Positions 18,165 through 26,800 of a stretch of DNA of 64,000 nucleotides are shown one piece after another. Below the pieces are notes generated by a model. That model was not told where the DNA came from. It was given only the letters and a program-made list of their open reading frames with translations, and ran no database searches. Position 1 is the stretch's first letter, and the number at the start of each line of letters is the position of its first letter. A program made the translations under genes and the position numbers. The stretch comes from Spirochaetia bacterium (GTDB lineage Bacteria > Spirochaetota > Spirochaetia > DSM-27196 > Salinispiraceae), in NCBI GenBank assembly GCA_038204425.1, contig JBBRCZ010000001.1, positions 384,001 to 448,000 on the forward strand, in the 5' to 3' direction.

Positions 18165-19625
18165 CTACCATTTTGCTATTAAGCGAAAACCTATGCTTTG
18201 ACTCGTGGCCTCAGGTGCAAAAAAGCCGCGCTTTTGGGCGTAAAGATTTGAAGCCAAACTATCCCATGCCCCGCCACGCACTACTTTTGACAAGACCCGA
18301 CTGCTAAATCCTTCAAGCGCATCCTGTACCGACTCATCGCGACTTGGTCCCAAAGGATCAAGTCTGGTTCCATTGACTTGGACACGTGAGTAAGTCTTTT
18401 CTCCATACCAATCACTGCACCACTCCCAGACATTTCCAATCATCTGTAAGCGCCAAGTCTCGCTAGTAGAAAAGTTGCTGTTAGTGATAGCAGGCCTGCG
18501 CCATACTCTTTGTCGATTGGCTAAATAAAAGTTGACTGGCGCAGTTGGCCCACCACGTCGTGTAAAGGGGCTAACAAGGTCTTCAAAAACATCGCGGCTT
18601 CTTTCGTAATTGGCGAGTTCACCATTTAACGCCCCAAACCATGGATTGGAAGCGCCTATTCCAAGACTTGCAGCAAGTTCCCATTCTGCCTCACTAGGCA
18701 AGGCAAACGGTGCTTGTTGACCAGTAAGATCCCAAGCACGATTTATCTCAGCGATAAGAAATCTTGCTCCGTGCCAGGTAATGCCAACTGCAGGATGTTG
18801 CTCGTAGCCAGAGTTGGCTTGCAAGCGACCACCGTTGAGCAGCAGCCCATGCTGGATTCCTTTGTCTAATGTACCCAGTTGCAGTACCACTGAGTGACTA
18901 AGATCGTTGACTCGGTCATCTACTATTTTGACAAAATCTTGGGATAGCATGCGATTGGTCAAAGCGGCCAACATGAGGTTGTTAATCGGCTCGCTGGCTA
19001 TGGAAAAAGCTTGGCTAAGCGTTACTTGGTGTTTTGGACGTTCGTCGTTTGATCCACTTGCCCTACCCATCTCAAAGCTTATGGTGGATCCAGACTTTAG
19101 GATCTCAAGTGTTTGAGGAAAAGCCAAAATTTGATTGGAAAGGCCTTGGTAGCTGAACGCAGAATTTTTTGAGGTAATGGTCCATTGAACTGATTGGTAA
19201 GAACTTTTTTGGATCAGTCCTTGTTCGGCCCCAACGCGAATGTAGTTTTTGTCGGTTTGAAAGCGCAAGACTTGGACAGCCGCCCCGACAGCCTCAATTC
19301 TTAGTTGGACATCAAACGATGGTTCTGAGCTGTTCCACATGAAGCTAAAAGGCGGTCCAATGATTGCGTCACCCGAAAGCGGATAAGCAAGCAACGGCTT
19401 GATTTTAGTGCTGTAGTTAAATTGGTCTTGTTTAGCAAGGGTTAGCTCGGGCTCTGCAGAGTCTTGAATTTGTTCTTGCTTATCAGGTGCTTTAGGAATA
19501 GAGTCGCTTTGCTCAATGGAGGTGCTCGAACAAGAGTTTGTTAAACCAGACAAAACTATTAGGACCAGCGCCATTGTGAAGAACAACGACCATGTTTGAT
19601 TACTTGTGGTCACCATTAGCTTCAT
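18165..19625 (-). CDS. Lipoprotein with FGE-sulfatase (SUMF1/CLec) domain
   Basis: Lipobox LTNSC; FEMG..DERPKHQV, LPSEAEWELAA, MIGNVWEWCSDWY, RGGAW, IGFR. Confidence 0.85.
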   Translation of the reverse strand: MKLMVTTSNQTWSLFFTMALVLIVLSGLTNSCSSTSIEQSDSIPKAPDKQEQIQDSAEPELTLAKQDQFNYSTKIKPLLAYPLSGDAIIGPPFSFMWNSSEPSFDVQLRIEAVGAAVQVLRFQTDKNYIRVGAEQGLIQKSSYQSVQWTITSKNSAFSYQGLSNQILAFPQTLEILKSGSTISFEMGRASGSNDERPKHQVTLSQAFSIASEPINNLMLAALTNRMLSQDFVKIVDDRVNDLSHSVVLQLGTLDKGIQHGLLLNGGRLQANSGYEQHPAVGITWHGARFLIAEINRAWDLTGQQAPFALPSEAEWELAASLGIGASNPWFGALNGELANYERSRDVFEDLVSPFTRRGGPTAPVNFYLANRQRVWRRPAITNSNFSTSETWRLQMIGNVWEWCSDWYGEKTYSRVQVNGTRLDPLGPSRDESVQDALEGFSSRVLSKVVRGGAWDSLASNLYAQKRGFFAPEATSQSIGFRLIAKW

Positions 19626-20746
19626 TTTTTCTTACTCAGTGTTCGCTCTTTATAGAACCTAAACGATTCATACATGTGAACCAATCTATAAAACAAAAAC
19701 CCCAATGCATAGTCCCAGCTTCCTGCGTAGTGCAGAATATTACCCCCGAAACCTGTTTTAAACTGATAGAGACCAAACATTGGATGGCTCTCATCAGATG
19801 TCGGTGGAATGCCAAAAAAGTCGTAGGACAGGCTTCCGCGTTGCTTGGCCATGCTTATTGCCGCCCATTGCAAGCAATAGGCAGGCATCAAGTTGCGCTT
19901 TGCATTTGAAGAGGCCCCATAGAGATAGCTTGTTCTTTGGCCAAAGTGTAGCAAAATGACGCCGGCCAAAAGCTCGCCCTCATGCTCGGCCAGCAAAAGC
20001 TGACAGTTTTCTGGATTGTTGTGCAAAAGTTTTTGGTAATAGGCCATGGAATGGATACCAATATGGTCACGTTCTGCCGTTTGGGCGTACAGCTGATACC
20101 AGCTTGGCAATTCGCTAGCTGTTGCCACTCTAACTAAAACACCTTTTTTTTGAGAAAGCCTAATATTATAGCGAGTTTTGGCTTTCATAGCTGCCAAAAG
20201 CTCGTCTTCAGTTGGTCTAAGGTCTAAGACTACCGTGTCAGGGGGTTGGATGTCGGCAGGCGCTCGATTAAGGCCCAAAAAGCCAAGTTCTTCCCGCATA
20301 GCAGAAGTCCACGAGGGCTTTTTGTCGTCTTCGATTAGGCTAGGATGACTGGCAACAATCCAATCGAGGTCAAAACGAACACAAAGCAATCGTTTGCCAA
20401 TTGCTTGCGCCACACTTTTTGCAACAATTGCAAGTACCGCTTCTTTTTTGCCTAGTCCGTGGCTGGCCAGCTGCTGGGCCTGCTGCTCACTTGGCCCGTG
20501 AGGAACATAAGCTAAGAAAAGACCCCAAGCAAGTGGCCTAAGCAGTACCATGAGCTCAAAGGTGAAATTGGTGCTTCCATTGGTCTCTAAGCGTAGCGCA
20601 TAGGGTTGCCAGCCAAAAAGCTGTTTGTGCTCTGCCCAAAGGCGGCTTTGCAGAAACGATTCTTTGGGCGCAAAACTTTCCAATGTAATGACTTTGGCAT
20701 TGAGAGTTAACTGCGCGTCTACGAAGCTTTGCGAGGCTCTTGTCAT
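19622..20746 (-). CDS. femX: FemABX-family peptidoglycan bridge aminoacyltransferase
   Basis: FLQS..W, YVPHGP, KTRYNIR, YLYGASS, YDFFG, GLYQFKTGFGG. Confidence 0.88.
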   Translation of the reverse strand: MTRASQSFVDAQLTLNAKVITLESFAPKESFLQSRLWAEHKQLFGWQPYALRLETNGSTNFTFELMVLLRPLAWGLFLAYVPHGPSEQQAQQLASHGLGKKEAVLAIVAKSVAQAIGKRLLCVRFDLDWIVASHPSLIEDDKKPSWTSAMREELGFLGLNRAPADIQPPDTVVLDLRPTEDELLAAMKAKTRYNIRLSQKKGVLVRVATASELPSWYQLYAQTAERDHIGIHSMAYYQKLLHNNPENCQLLLAEHEGELLAGVILLHFGQRTSYLYGASSNAKRNLMPAYCLQWAAISMAKQRGSLSYDFFGIPPTSDESHPMFGLYQFKTGFGGNILHYAGSWDYALGFLFYRLVHMYESFRFYKERTLSKKK

Positions 20747-23007
20747 TAGCCAATCTCGCCGTTAAGCACTTCATGAGTAACAAGCGCTTTGTCAGCCACC
20801 AAGAGCCGTGTTGTGCCGAGTAACACATTGCGATTATCACAATGCAAGGGAATTGCAAAAAAGTTATCAATAGAAATAGTCGGGCACGGACCGGATGCGC
20901 TGTGACCCTCAAGGTAGACTTGGTCGCCTGGCTTTGCATCTGGAGCAAAGATTACTTCTACCTTTTCGCCACCTTCTGGTTTGGGCGCGCTTGCTGCCAA
21001 GAGCATGCCCGCAGAGACCACTCCCCTAAGCTTGGCTGGCTTGAGATTGGCAACAACTATGATGTTCTTGCCCAAAAGCTGATCTTCTGAGTAGTGAGGG
21101 ACCAAACCAGAAACTATGGTTCGGACTGTGCCCGAACCATCATCTAATGTTTCTATATACAATTTTTCGGCATCGGGATGGCGCGCTATATCTACGATTT
21201 TGGCAACTCGCAGTTCTACGCTTTTGGTAAACTGATCTTCTAAGCTCAATGCCACCTTTTGGTCTGGAGCCAGAATTTCTGCTTGCGCATCTGCTTGAGC
21301 TTTGCTTTCGGCATCGTTTTGGCGAGCTTCTCTTTCGGCCTGGCTACCGGCAAATCGCAGCCGCAACGTTTCTATCAAGTCATCCTCAAGTTGCACAAAC
21401 AGCAAGTCAGGTTTGGCAAACTCACTCGGCCCGGGCCAAAGCTGCCATTGCGCCAAAGTAGACCAAGCAACATTTTGGGTATCCAAACCTAATACACCTA
21501 AAATTGCATCAGAACTTGCAGGCATGTAAGGTCTAACCATAATTGCAAGATCTCGGATTAAGAACAGCAAACTAACCAGTATATTGCGGGCTAGTTCAGG
21601 GTCGTTGTTGCGAAGTTTCCATGGTTCATTGTCTTGAAAAAGTTTGTTTCCCATGCCTGAAATTTCAAAAATGTTTCTAAATCCGTCGCGCAAATTTGCC
21701 CATTCCAAAAACTCACTGGTCCGCACTTGTGCGGCTTTAACTTGTTGGTGAAAGTCAGCTATCAGGGGAATGCTCAGATCAAGTTCCAAACTTGCCAAAG
21801 GAAAGAAGCGATTCCAAAAACTGAGGGTACGATTGACGAGGTTGCCCAAGTTTCCTATTAGCTCTTTGTTGACTTTTTCTTGGAAGTCCTTCCATGTAAA
21901 AGTGTAGTCACTGGTCTCAGGTCGATTATAAAAGATATAGAAGCGCCAGACATCGGCCGGAATGCCGGTATCCCGTGCGTCGGTACCAAAAACACCCACT
22001 CCTTTGGATTTAGAAAACTTGCCAGCTTCATAGTTTAAGAACTCAGTTGAACTCATATGGTGCAACATGGTCCAGTTGTCGCCACTTGCTATCTGGCTTG
22101 CTGGGAATATTACAGTATGAAAAGGAATGTTGTCTTTGCCAATAAACTGAAAGAGTTCAACATCCTTGGTGTCCTTCCACCAGCTCTTCCATTCTGGCGT
22201 ATAGTCGGCCGAAATAGAAATGTAGCCAATTGGTGCGTCAAACCAAACGTAAAAAACTTTGTGTTCAAATCCTGCAAGCGGAACTGGAATGCCCCACTTG
22301 AGGTCACGTGTGATGGCACGCTCTTTGAGCCCATCTCTAATCCAGCCTTGCGTCATTTGAATAGCGTTCTTAGCCCACTTTCCTTTGACCGAGGCTGTTT
22401 GGATCCAAGCCTCGAGCTTGTCTTTGATGGCAGGTAGATTGATGTACAAGTGTTTAGTTTGTCGAACAACAGGAGTGGTTCCGTCAATTTGCGATTTTGG
22501 GTCGATTAAGTCAGTTGGCTCTAGCAGTTTTCCACAGTTTTCGCATTGATCACCGCGCGCTTCTTGGTAGCCGCAGTGCGGACAGGTTCCGCGCACATAG
22601 CGGTCGGCCAAAAACATGTCGCTTTTTTCGCTGTAAAGTTGCTCAATAGTGTGTTGGGTAATATAGCCGTTGTCGTAGATCTTCTTGAACATGTCCTGCA
22701 CAATTTCTGTCTGAACCTGACGAGAGGTTCGACCAAAGTGGTCAAACTGAATGCCAAACCATTTGTAAATTTCTGTGTGGATGGCGTTAAAACGATCGCA
22801 CAGTTCTCGTGGGCTAATGCCCTCTTCTCGGGCCTTGGTTTCGGTAGCAGTACCATATTCATCAGTGCCACAAACGTAAAGGGTTTCATAGCCACGCTGG
22901 CGACAAAAACGGGCAAAGACATCGGCAGACAAAACCTGAATCAGATTGCCCAAATGAGGAATATTGTTGACGTAGGGCAAGGCGCTGGTAATGAGTCTCT
23001 TTTTCAT
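20746..23007 (-). CDS. metG: Methionine--tRNA ligase with C-terminal tRNA-binding domain
   Basis: ITSALPYVN, HLGN, CPHC/CENC Zn knuckle, YVWFDA, KFSKS, C-terminal OB fold (NLKPAKLRG). Confidence 0.97.
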   Translation of the reverse strand: MKKRLITSALPYVNNIPHLGNLIQVLSADVFARFCRQRGYETLYVCGTDEYGTATETKAREEGISPRELCDRFNAIHTEIYKWFGIQFDHFGRTSRQVQTEIVQDMFKKIYDNGYITQHTIEQLYSEKSDMFLADRYVRGTCPHCGYQEARGDQCENCGKLLEPTDLIDPKSQIDGTTPVVRQTKHLYINLPAIKDKLEAWIQTASVKGKWAKNAIQMTQGWIRDGLKERAITRDLKWGIPVPLAGFEHKVFYVWFDAPIGYISISADYTPEWKSWWKDTKDVELFQFIGKDNIPFHTVIFPASQIASGDNWTMLHHMSSTEFLNYEAGKFSKSKGVGVFGTDARDTGIPADVWRFYIFYNRPETSDYTFTWKDFQEKVNKELIGNLGNLVNRTLSFWNRFFPLASLELDLSIPLIADFHQQVKAAQVRTSEFLEWANLRDGFRNIFEISGMGNKLFQDNEPWKLRNNDPELARNILVSLLFLIRDLAIMVRPYMPASSDAILGVLGLDTQNVAWSTLAQWQLWPGPSEFAKPDLLFVQLEDDLIETLRLRFAGSQAEREARQNDAESKAQADAQAEILAPDQKVALSLEDQFTKSVELRVAKIVDIARHPDAEKLYIETLDDGSGTVRTIVSGLVPHYSEDQLLGKNIIVVANLKPAKLRGVVSAGMLLAASAPKPEGGEKVEVIFAPDAKPGDQVYLEGHSASGPCPTISIDNFFAIPLHCDNRNVLLGTTRLLVADKALVTHEVLNGEIG

Positions 23008-23015
23008 ATGTGGTC

Positions 23016-23045
23016 AATGTATAAAGCGCTTCGCCTACCTGTCAA
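23016..23045 (-). promoter_or_regulatory. sigma70-type promoter of metG, leaderless-type
   Basis: TTGACA-N18-TACATT, 8 nt before the ATG; no SD. Confidence 0.55.
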
Positions 23046-23895
23046 GGCTATGCTGGCAATGAGGACAGCAAGAACTGGCGTCGCCCTGGCAGCTTTGGCA
23101 GACTATAATCTTTTGATTGCAGCTCTTGTTGTTGCAATTTACATAGAGAGAACTGGGTTTTTTGCAAATACTGCAATTTGAAATTTCGGGCACGTCGTTG
23201 GCAAAAGAGATTGCTATGCGGCGGTCAAAAACATAGCAGCGCCCCTTCCATAGTCCCTTGTCTTTAAAGGTTTGCCCATATTTAACTATGCCGCCATCAA
23301 GGTGATAAACCTCACTAAAACCTTTGTGGCGCATGTAGGCTGACAAATATTCGCAGCGGATATCGCCGGTACAGTAGGTTAAGATTGGCTTGTCTTTTGG
23401 CAGGGAATCAAGATGCTGCTTAATGTCCCTAAAGGCCTTAATTGGTGGAGTTAGCAGGTTTTTGGAGTCAAAAACACCAATCGCCGACTCGTAGTCGTTG
23501 CGAGCATCAAGTACAGTCACCTCAGGATTGTTGCGCAAGTACTCATGCCACTCTTTGGGTTTTAAACCCTTGCTTGGCTTAAAGACATCAAAGGACTCAT
23601 CTGGTGCCAAGGCAACTAGCTCTTTGCGAACTTTGATGCTTAAGCGTGGAAAATCCTGAATCTGGCCGCTAGACCACTTGTACTCAATACCGGCAAAATC
23701 GCGACTGCGATTGTTTTCTCTCACGTAAGCTTTGAGCCCCTCAACATTCCCCGCCAAGGTACCGTTGATACCTTGCCATGAGACAATGACCCTACCTGTC
23801 AGGCCGTAGCGCTCGCAAAGCTGACGCTGCCAAAACATAGTCACCTCAGTGTCGGCAACTGCTACAAATTTGTAGTAGAGGATAATCTTTTCCAT
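23035..23895 (-). CDS. trhO: tRNA uridine(34) hydroxylase TrhO / UPF0176 rhodanese
   Basis: LYYKF, GINGT, LDARNDYE, YCTGDIRCE, LDGGIVKY, CYVFD.R and a Cys-rich C-terminus. Confidence 0.85.
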   Translation of the reverse strand: MEKIILYYKFVAVADTEVTMFWQRQLCERYGLTGRVIVSWQGINGTLAGNVEGLKAYVRENNRSRDFAGIEYKWSSGQIQDFPRLSIKVRKELVALAPDESFDVFKPSKGLKPKEWHEYLRNNPEVTVLDARNDYESAIGVFDSKNLLTPPIKAFRDIKQHLDSLPKDKPILTYCTGDIRCEYLSAYMRHKGFSEVYHLDGGIVKYGQTFKDKGLWKGRCYVFDRRIAISFANDVPEISNCSICKKPSSLYVNCNNKSCNQKIIVCQSCQGDASSCCPHCQHSLDR

Positions 23896-23927
23896 TTCTA
23901 AACTAACTCCGGGCATTTTTGCAAATT

Positions 23928-24002
23928 AATACGACTGTAAACACATCAATTGTAGGCACACTAATAAATACGACTGTTTTTATCAGCCACAGATTATCTG
24001 TG
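23928..24002. repeat. Intergenic 11-bp direct repeat plus 15-bp palindrome
   Basis: AATACGACTGT at 23928-23938 and 23967-23977; CACAGAT-T-ATCTGTG at 23988-24002. Confidence 0.8.
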
Positions 24003-24036
24003 TCGAGGGACTAAGTCAAACGTATTGGGCCCTAAA

Positions 24037-25758
24037 TCAGTATCTTTCAAAAAGTGCCACTAGCCAGTCTTTGCCGAGAGTTTTTAGGAAACCTGCCAAG
24101 CGTGGCCCTGCGGTTTTTCCAATCAGTACCTTATAAACTGTCTGAAAGAAGGCTTTAGGATCCATAGCTCGTTCACGCGCCATTTGATAGATTGCATTTT
24201 GCAATTCTTTATCTTCCCAGCCTTGTAAGTTACGACCCTGGCCCCAGACCCCAGTTTTGCCTTCAACTATTTCTTGTAGTCCATGCAGGGCATGCAGCTC
24301 TGTTTGACTGAGACTCGCCAATTGGTCTTCAGGAGTTTTTATAGTAAAGGTAAAGTCTTCTGGAGCAAAGTTTTTGAGCCAGTTCCAAGCGCAGGTGCTA
24401 CGCTCTGTTAGGCGCCGCATGTTTTCTAATCCAGCCGGACTTTGATCCAGTTGTCCTTTTGCGCGTGCTTCAGCAGTACCAGGAAAGGCAGAAATCACGC
24501 GATCAAGGTCGCCATTAAATGTCAGAAGCAGGTTGCATAACTGCCTAAAGGGTATTTGTAGTGGCATAAAAGGCAAGCTAGTAGCTTGATCTGCAACCTG
24601 AGATAGCTCGTAGATACGTTTTTCTTTGGCCAAAGTGCGCTCAATTGTGCTGGCATGGCTGGCATCGATTGATTCCAGACCGTAGTAAAGGCGCTCAGTG
24701 CGGTCATAGTCTTCGTAAATCTTTATAACGTCCAAGTCAAAACTGATAGAAAACTCAGTATTTGGTCGTGTTCCCGCAAACATGTAGCGCGCTATTTCGG
24801 CAGTAAAAACTTCTAAAACATCGTAGAGGTCTATCACTTCGCCGGAACTCGAGCTTATTTTTCCTCCGCGACCTTTGATGCTGATAAAGTCGTATTGGAA
24901 GCTAATGGGCGCTTTGATACCATAGACAGCTTCGCAGAGTTTTTCGGCGGTCGACCAACTGCCACCTTGGCTATGATGATCCTTACCGGCGGGTTCGAAA
25001 TCGACGCCTTCTACACTCCAACGCATCGGCCAATCAATGCGCCAAGGCAACTTGACGGCGGAGCTAGTGCGCAAGTCGACGGTCTCGGTTTGCTTGGTTT
25101 TGTCATCTTGATAGGTGATCTGCCACTCACCGTCCCAGGCCGTTACCGTAGTAGTGTCTTGGTTAGTAAAGTTGGAAAATACACTAATTGGCCACCACTC
25201 GCCTTCTAAATGCTCTGTTCTAAATTCGTTCAGGATTTCTTCGATGGTGTCTTTCTTTTCTAGGGCGATCTTTATTGTATGGGCATAGCGAGAGCTGCGA
25301 TAGTTTTGGGCCTGATAGATATACTCAGGCTCTACACCCACTTTGGGCAAGATCTTCTCAATTGCGACTTCGTGGTGACGAGCGTAGCTCTCTTGTTCAC
25401 CATAGGGATCGGGAACCAATACGATTGGCCAGCGCAGGTGTTGGATGAGCATTTCTTGATTGGGCATGTTTTTGGGAACCTTGCGAAAGACATCGTAGTC
25501 GTCCCAGCTATAAATAAAACGAACTTGTTTGCCACGTTTGCGTAAGGCTCTTACTACCAAGTCGACTGAGATTATTTCTCTAAAGTTGCCAATGTGTACC
25601 GTACCGGACGGGGTAATCCCCGATGCGCAGACAAAGCTGTCTCGTTGGCTGCCATCAGGATTGGTTCGTTCTTTAATTATACGTTCGGCAATCATGTCCG
25701 CCCAATGGACGATAACTTGGTCTGATTCGTTAGTTTCAAAGTTTACTTGTATGCTCAT
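24037..25758 (-). CDS. lysS: Class I lysine--tRNA ligase
   Basis: HWAD, SGITPSGTVHIGNFRE, KLPWRIDWPMRW, EPAGKDH, KISSS, GPRLAGF. Confidence 0.96.
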   Translation of the reverse strand: MSIQVNFETNESDQVIVHWADMIAERIIKERTNPDGSQRDSFVCASGITPSGTVHIGNFREIISVDLVVRALRKRGKQVRFIYSWDDYDVFRKVPKNMPNQEMLIQHLRWPIVLVPDPYGEQESYARHHEVAIEKILPKVGVEPEYIYQAQNYRSSRYAHTIKIALEKKDTIEEILNEFRTEHLEGEWWPISVFSNFTNQDTTTVTAWDGEWQITYQDDKTKQTETVDLRTSSAVKLPWRIDWPMRWSVEGVDFEPAGKDHHSQGGSWSTAEKLCEAVYGIKAPISFQYDFISIKGRGGKISSSSGEVIDLYDVLEVFTAEIARYMFAGTRPNTEFSISFDLDVIKIYEDYDRTERLYYGLESIDASHASTIERTLAKEKRIYELSQVADQATSLPFMPLQIPFRQLCNLLLTFNGDLDRVISAFPGTAEARAKGQLDQSPAGLENMRRLTERSTCAWNWLKNFAPEDFTFTIKTPEDQLASLSQTELHALHGLQEIVEGKTGVWGQGRNLQGWEDKELQNAIYQMARERAMDPKAFFQTVYKVLIGKTAGPRLAGFLKTLGKDWLVALFERY

Positions 25759-25766
25759 ATGGTTGC

Positions 25767-25796
25767 AGCTTAGCACAAAAACTTAGCGGCCGGCAA
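25767..25796 (-). promoter_or_regulatory. sigma70-type promoter of lysS, leaderless-type
   Basis: TTGCCG-N18-TAAGCT with a TGn extension, 8 nt before ATG 25758; no SD. Confidence 0.55.
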
Positions 25797-25803
25797 CGTA
25801 AAG

Positions 25804-26625
25804 CTATTGACCCGAGGACTTCTCCAAGACCAACAGGCGATACTGCAAAAGTCCGCGTTTGAGCAAGGTTTTGCGCAGTGCCAAGGCTCGACAGCGCCGT
25901 AAGAAAACCGAGTGGTCTATATTTTTTGGTGCGCAGAGACTAATAAGGGCATAGACGTACCATAGCGGATCAAAGTTTTGGACGTAGGCACTAAGGTCCT
26001 GATTTTCTATAGTCTGCAAACCAGATTGGCCGGAAGCTGCTAACCACTCGTCAAGCTGGACGAGGCCTGTGAGATCAAGAGCTTGCCTATACTGGCTCAC
26101 TAGCAGCATATCCTTGGCATCGAGTGTCAGCTCGGAACTGCTCAAAAACTCCTGACAGACTATAAATCTGCCTTCTGGCCTCAGCGCTTTGGCCACCAGT
26201 CCGACGATCACAAAAGCGGCACGGGAATGAACCAAGGCATCCTGCGAAAAGACAATGTCTTGACTAGGAAAGAGACGCCAGGTACTGACCTGGTCAAAGT
26301 CGGCAGCAAAAAGTCTAACCGTTAACTGTCGATTGAGTTTTTCTACTTCTTCTAGACCCAGCTGTTGTTCAATTTGACTTATGCTTATTCCTGAGTACTG
26401 TCCGTCGCGGACATCGGCTAAATAGTTAAGCGTTTCTCCCCGTCCACAACCAAGGTCAAGTACTTTACGGGCCTCAAGCTGGTTGCAGTGTCCAATCAAA
26501 AGTCCATCGGCGTAATGCAGGAACTGACGCTTTTTGGTGAGCCCAGGAGCCTTTACCTGTTGACGAAGGCTTCTGCCACGATTTGCGTTGTAAAAAGCTG
26601 TGAGATCGAGCGGCAATGCTTGCAT
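25804..26625 (-). CDS. Class I SAM-dependent methyltransferase
   Basis: VLDLGCGRG (motif I), GISIS..E, ADF, DALVH, LRPEGRF; ATG 26625 follows AGGGG. Confidence 0.75.
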   Translation of the reverse strand: MQALPLDLTAFYNANRGRSLRQQVKAPGLTKKRQFLHYADGLLIGHCNQLEARKVLDLGCGRGETLNYLADVRDGQYSGISISQIEQQLGLEEVEKLNRQLTVRLFAADFDQVSTWRLFPSQDIVFSQDALVHSRAAFVIVGLVAKALRPEGRFIVCQEFLSSSELTLDAKDMLLVSQYRQALDLTGLVQLDEWLAASGQSGLQTIENQDLSAYVQNFDPLWYVYALISLCAPKNIDHSVFLRRCRALALRKTLLKRGLLQYRLLVLEKSSGQ

Positions 26626-26763
26626 TGATGCACCCCTTTGGCGCAATAGTAGCACAGGTTATTTGCTTACATAAGCCCCTAAGTGCAGGCATTCAGGCAG
26701 GCGAGAACTGGCAAAGATCGACTAAAGGCCTAGCAAAAGCGCGTCGCTATGCGCCAAACCCCT

Positions 26764-26792
26764 TTTGCAGCCTGCCGCCCTTGGTCTATAAT
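26764..26792 (+). promoter_or_regulatory. sigma70-type promoter of glnS, leaderless-type
   Basis: TTGCAG-N16 (or TTTGCA-N17)-TATAAT, 8 nt before ATG 26801. Confidence 0.6.
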
Positions 26793-26800
26793 CTGGGGCT

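Noticed and set aside
18165..18300. DGR variable region in the FGE lipoprotein
   Set aside because: No template repeat or reverse transcriptase in the window; kept only as a check.
22546..23181. 211-aa + strand ORF
   Set aside because: Antisense shadow of metG/trhO with no recognisable motifs.
23927..23936. TAATACGACT, matching the start of the T7 promoter
   Set aside because: Lacks CACTATAG, and there is no phage or vector context; likely chance.
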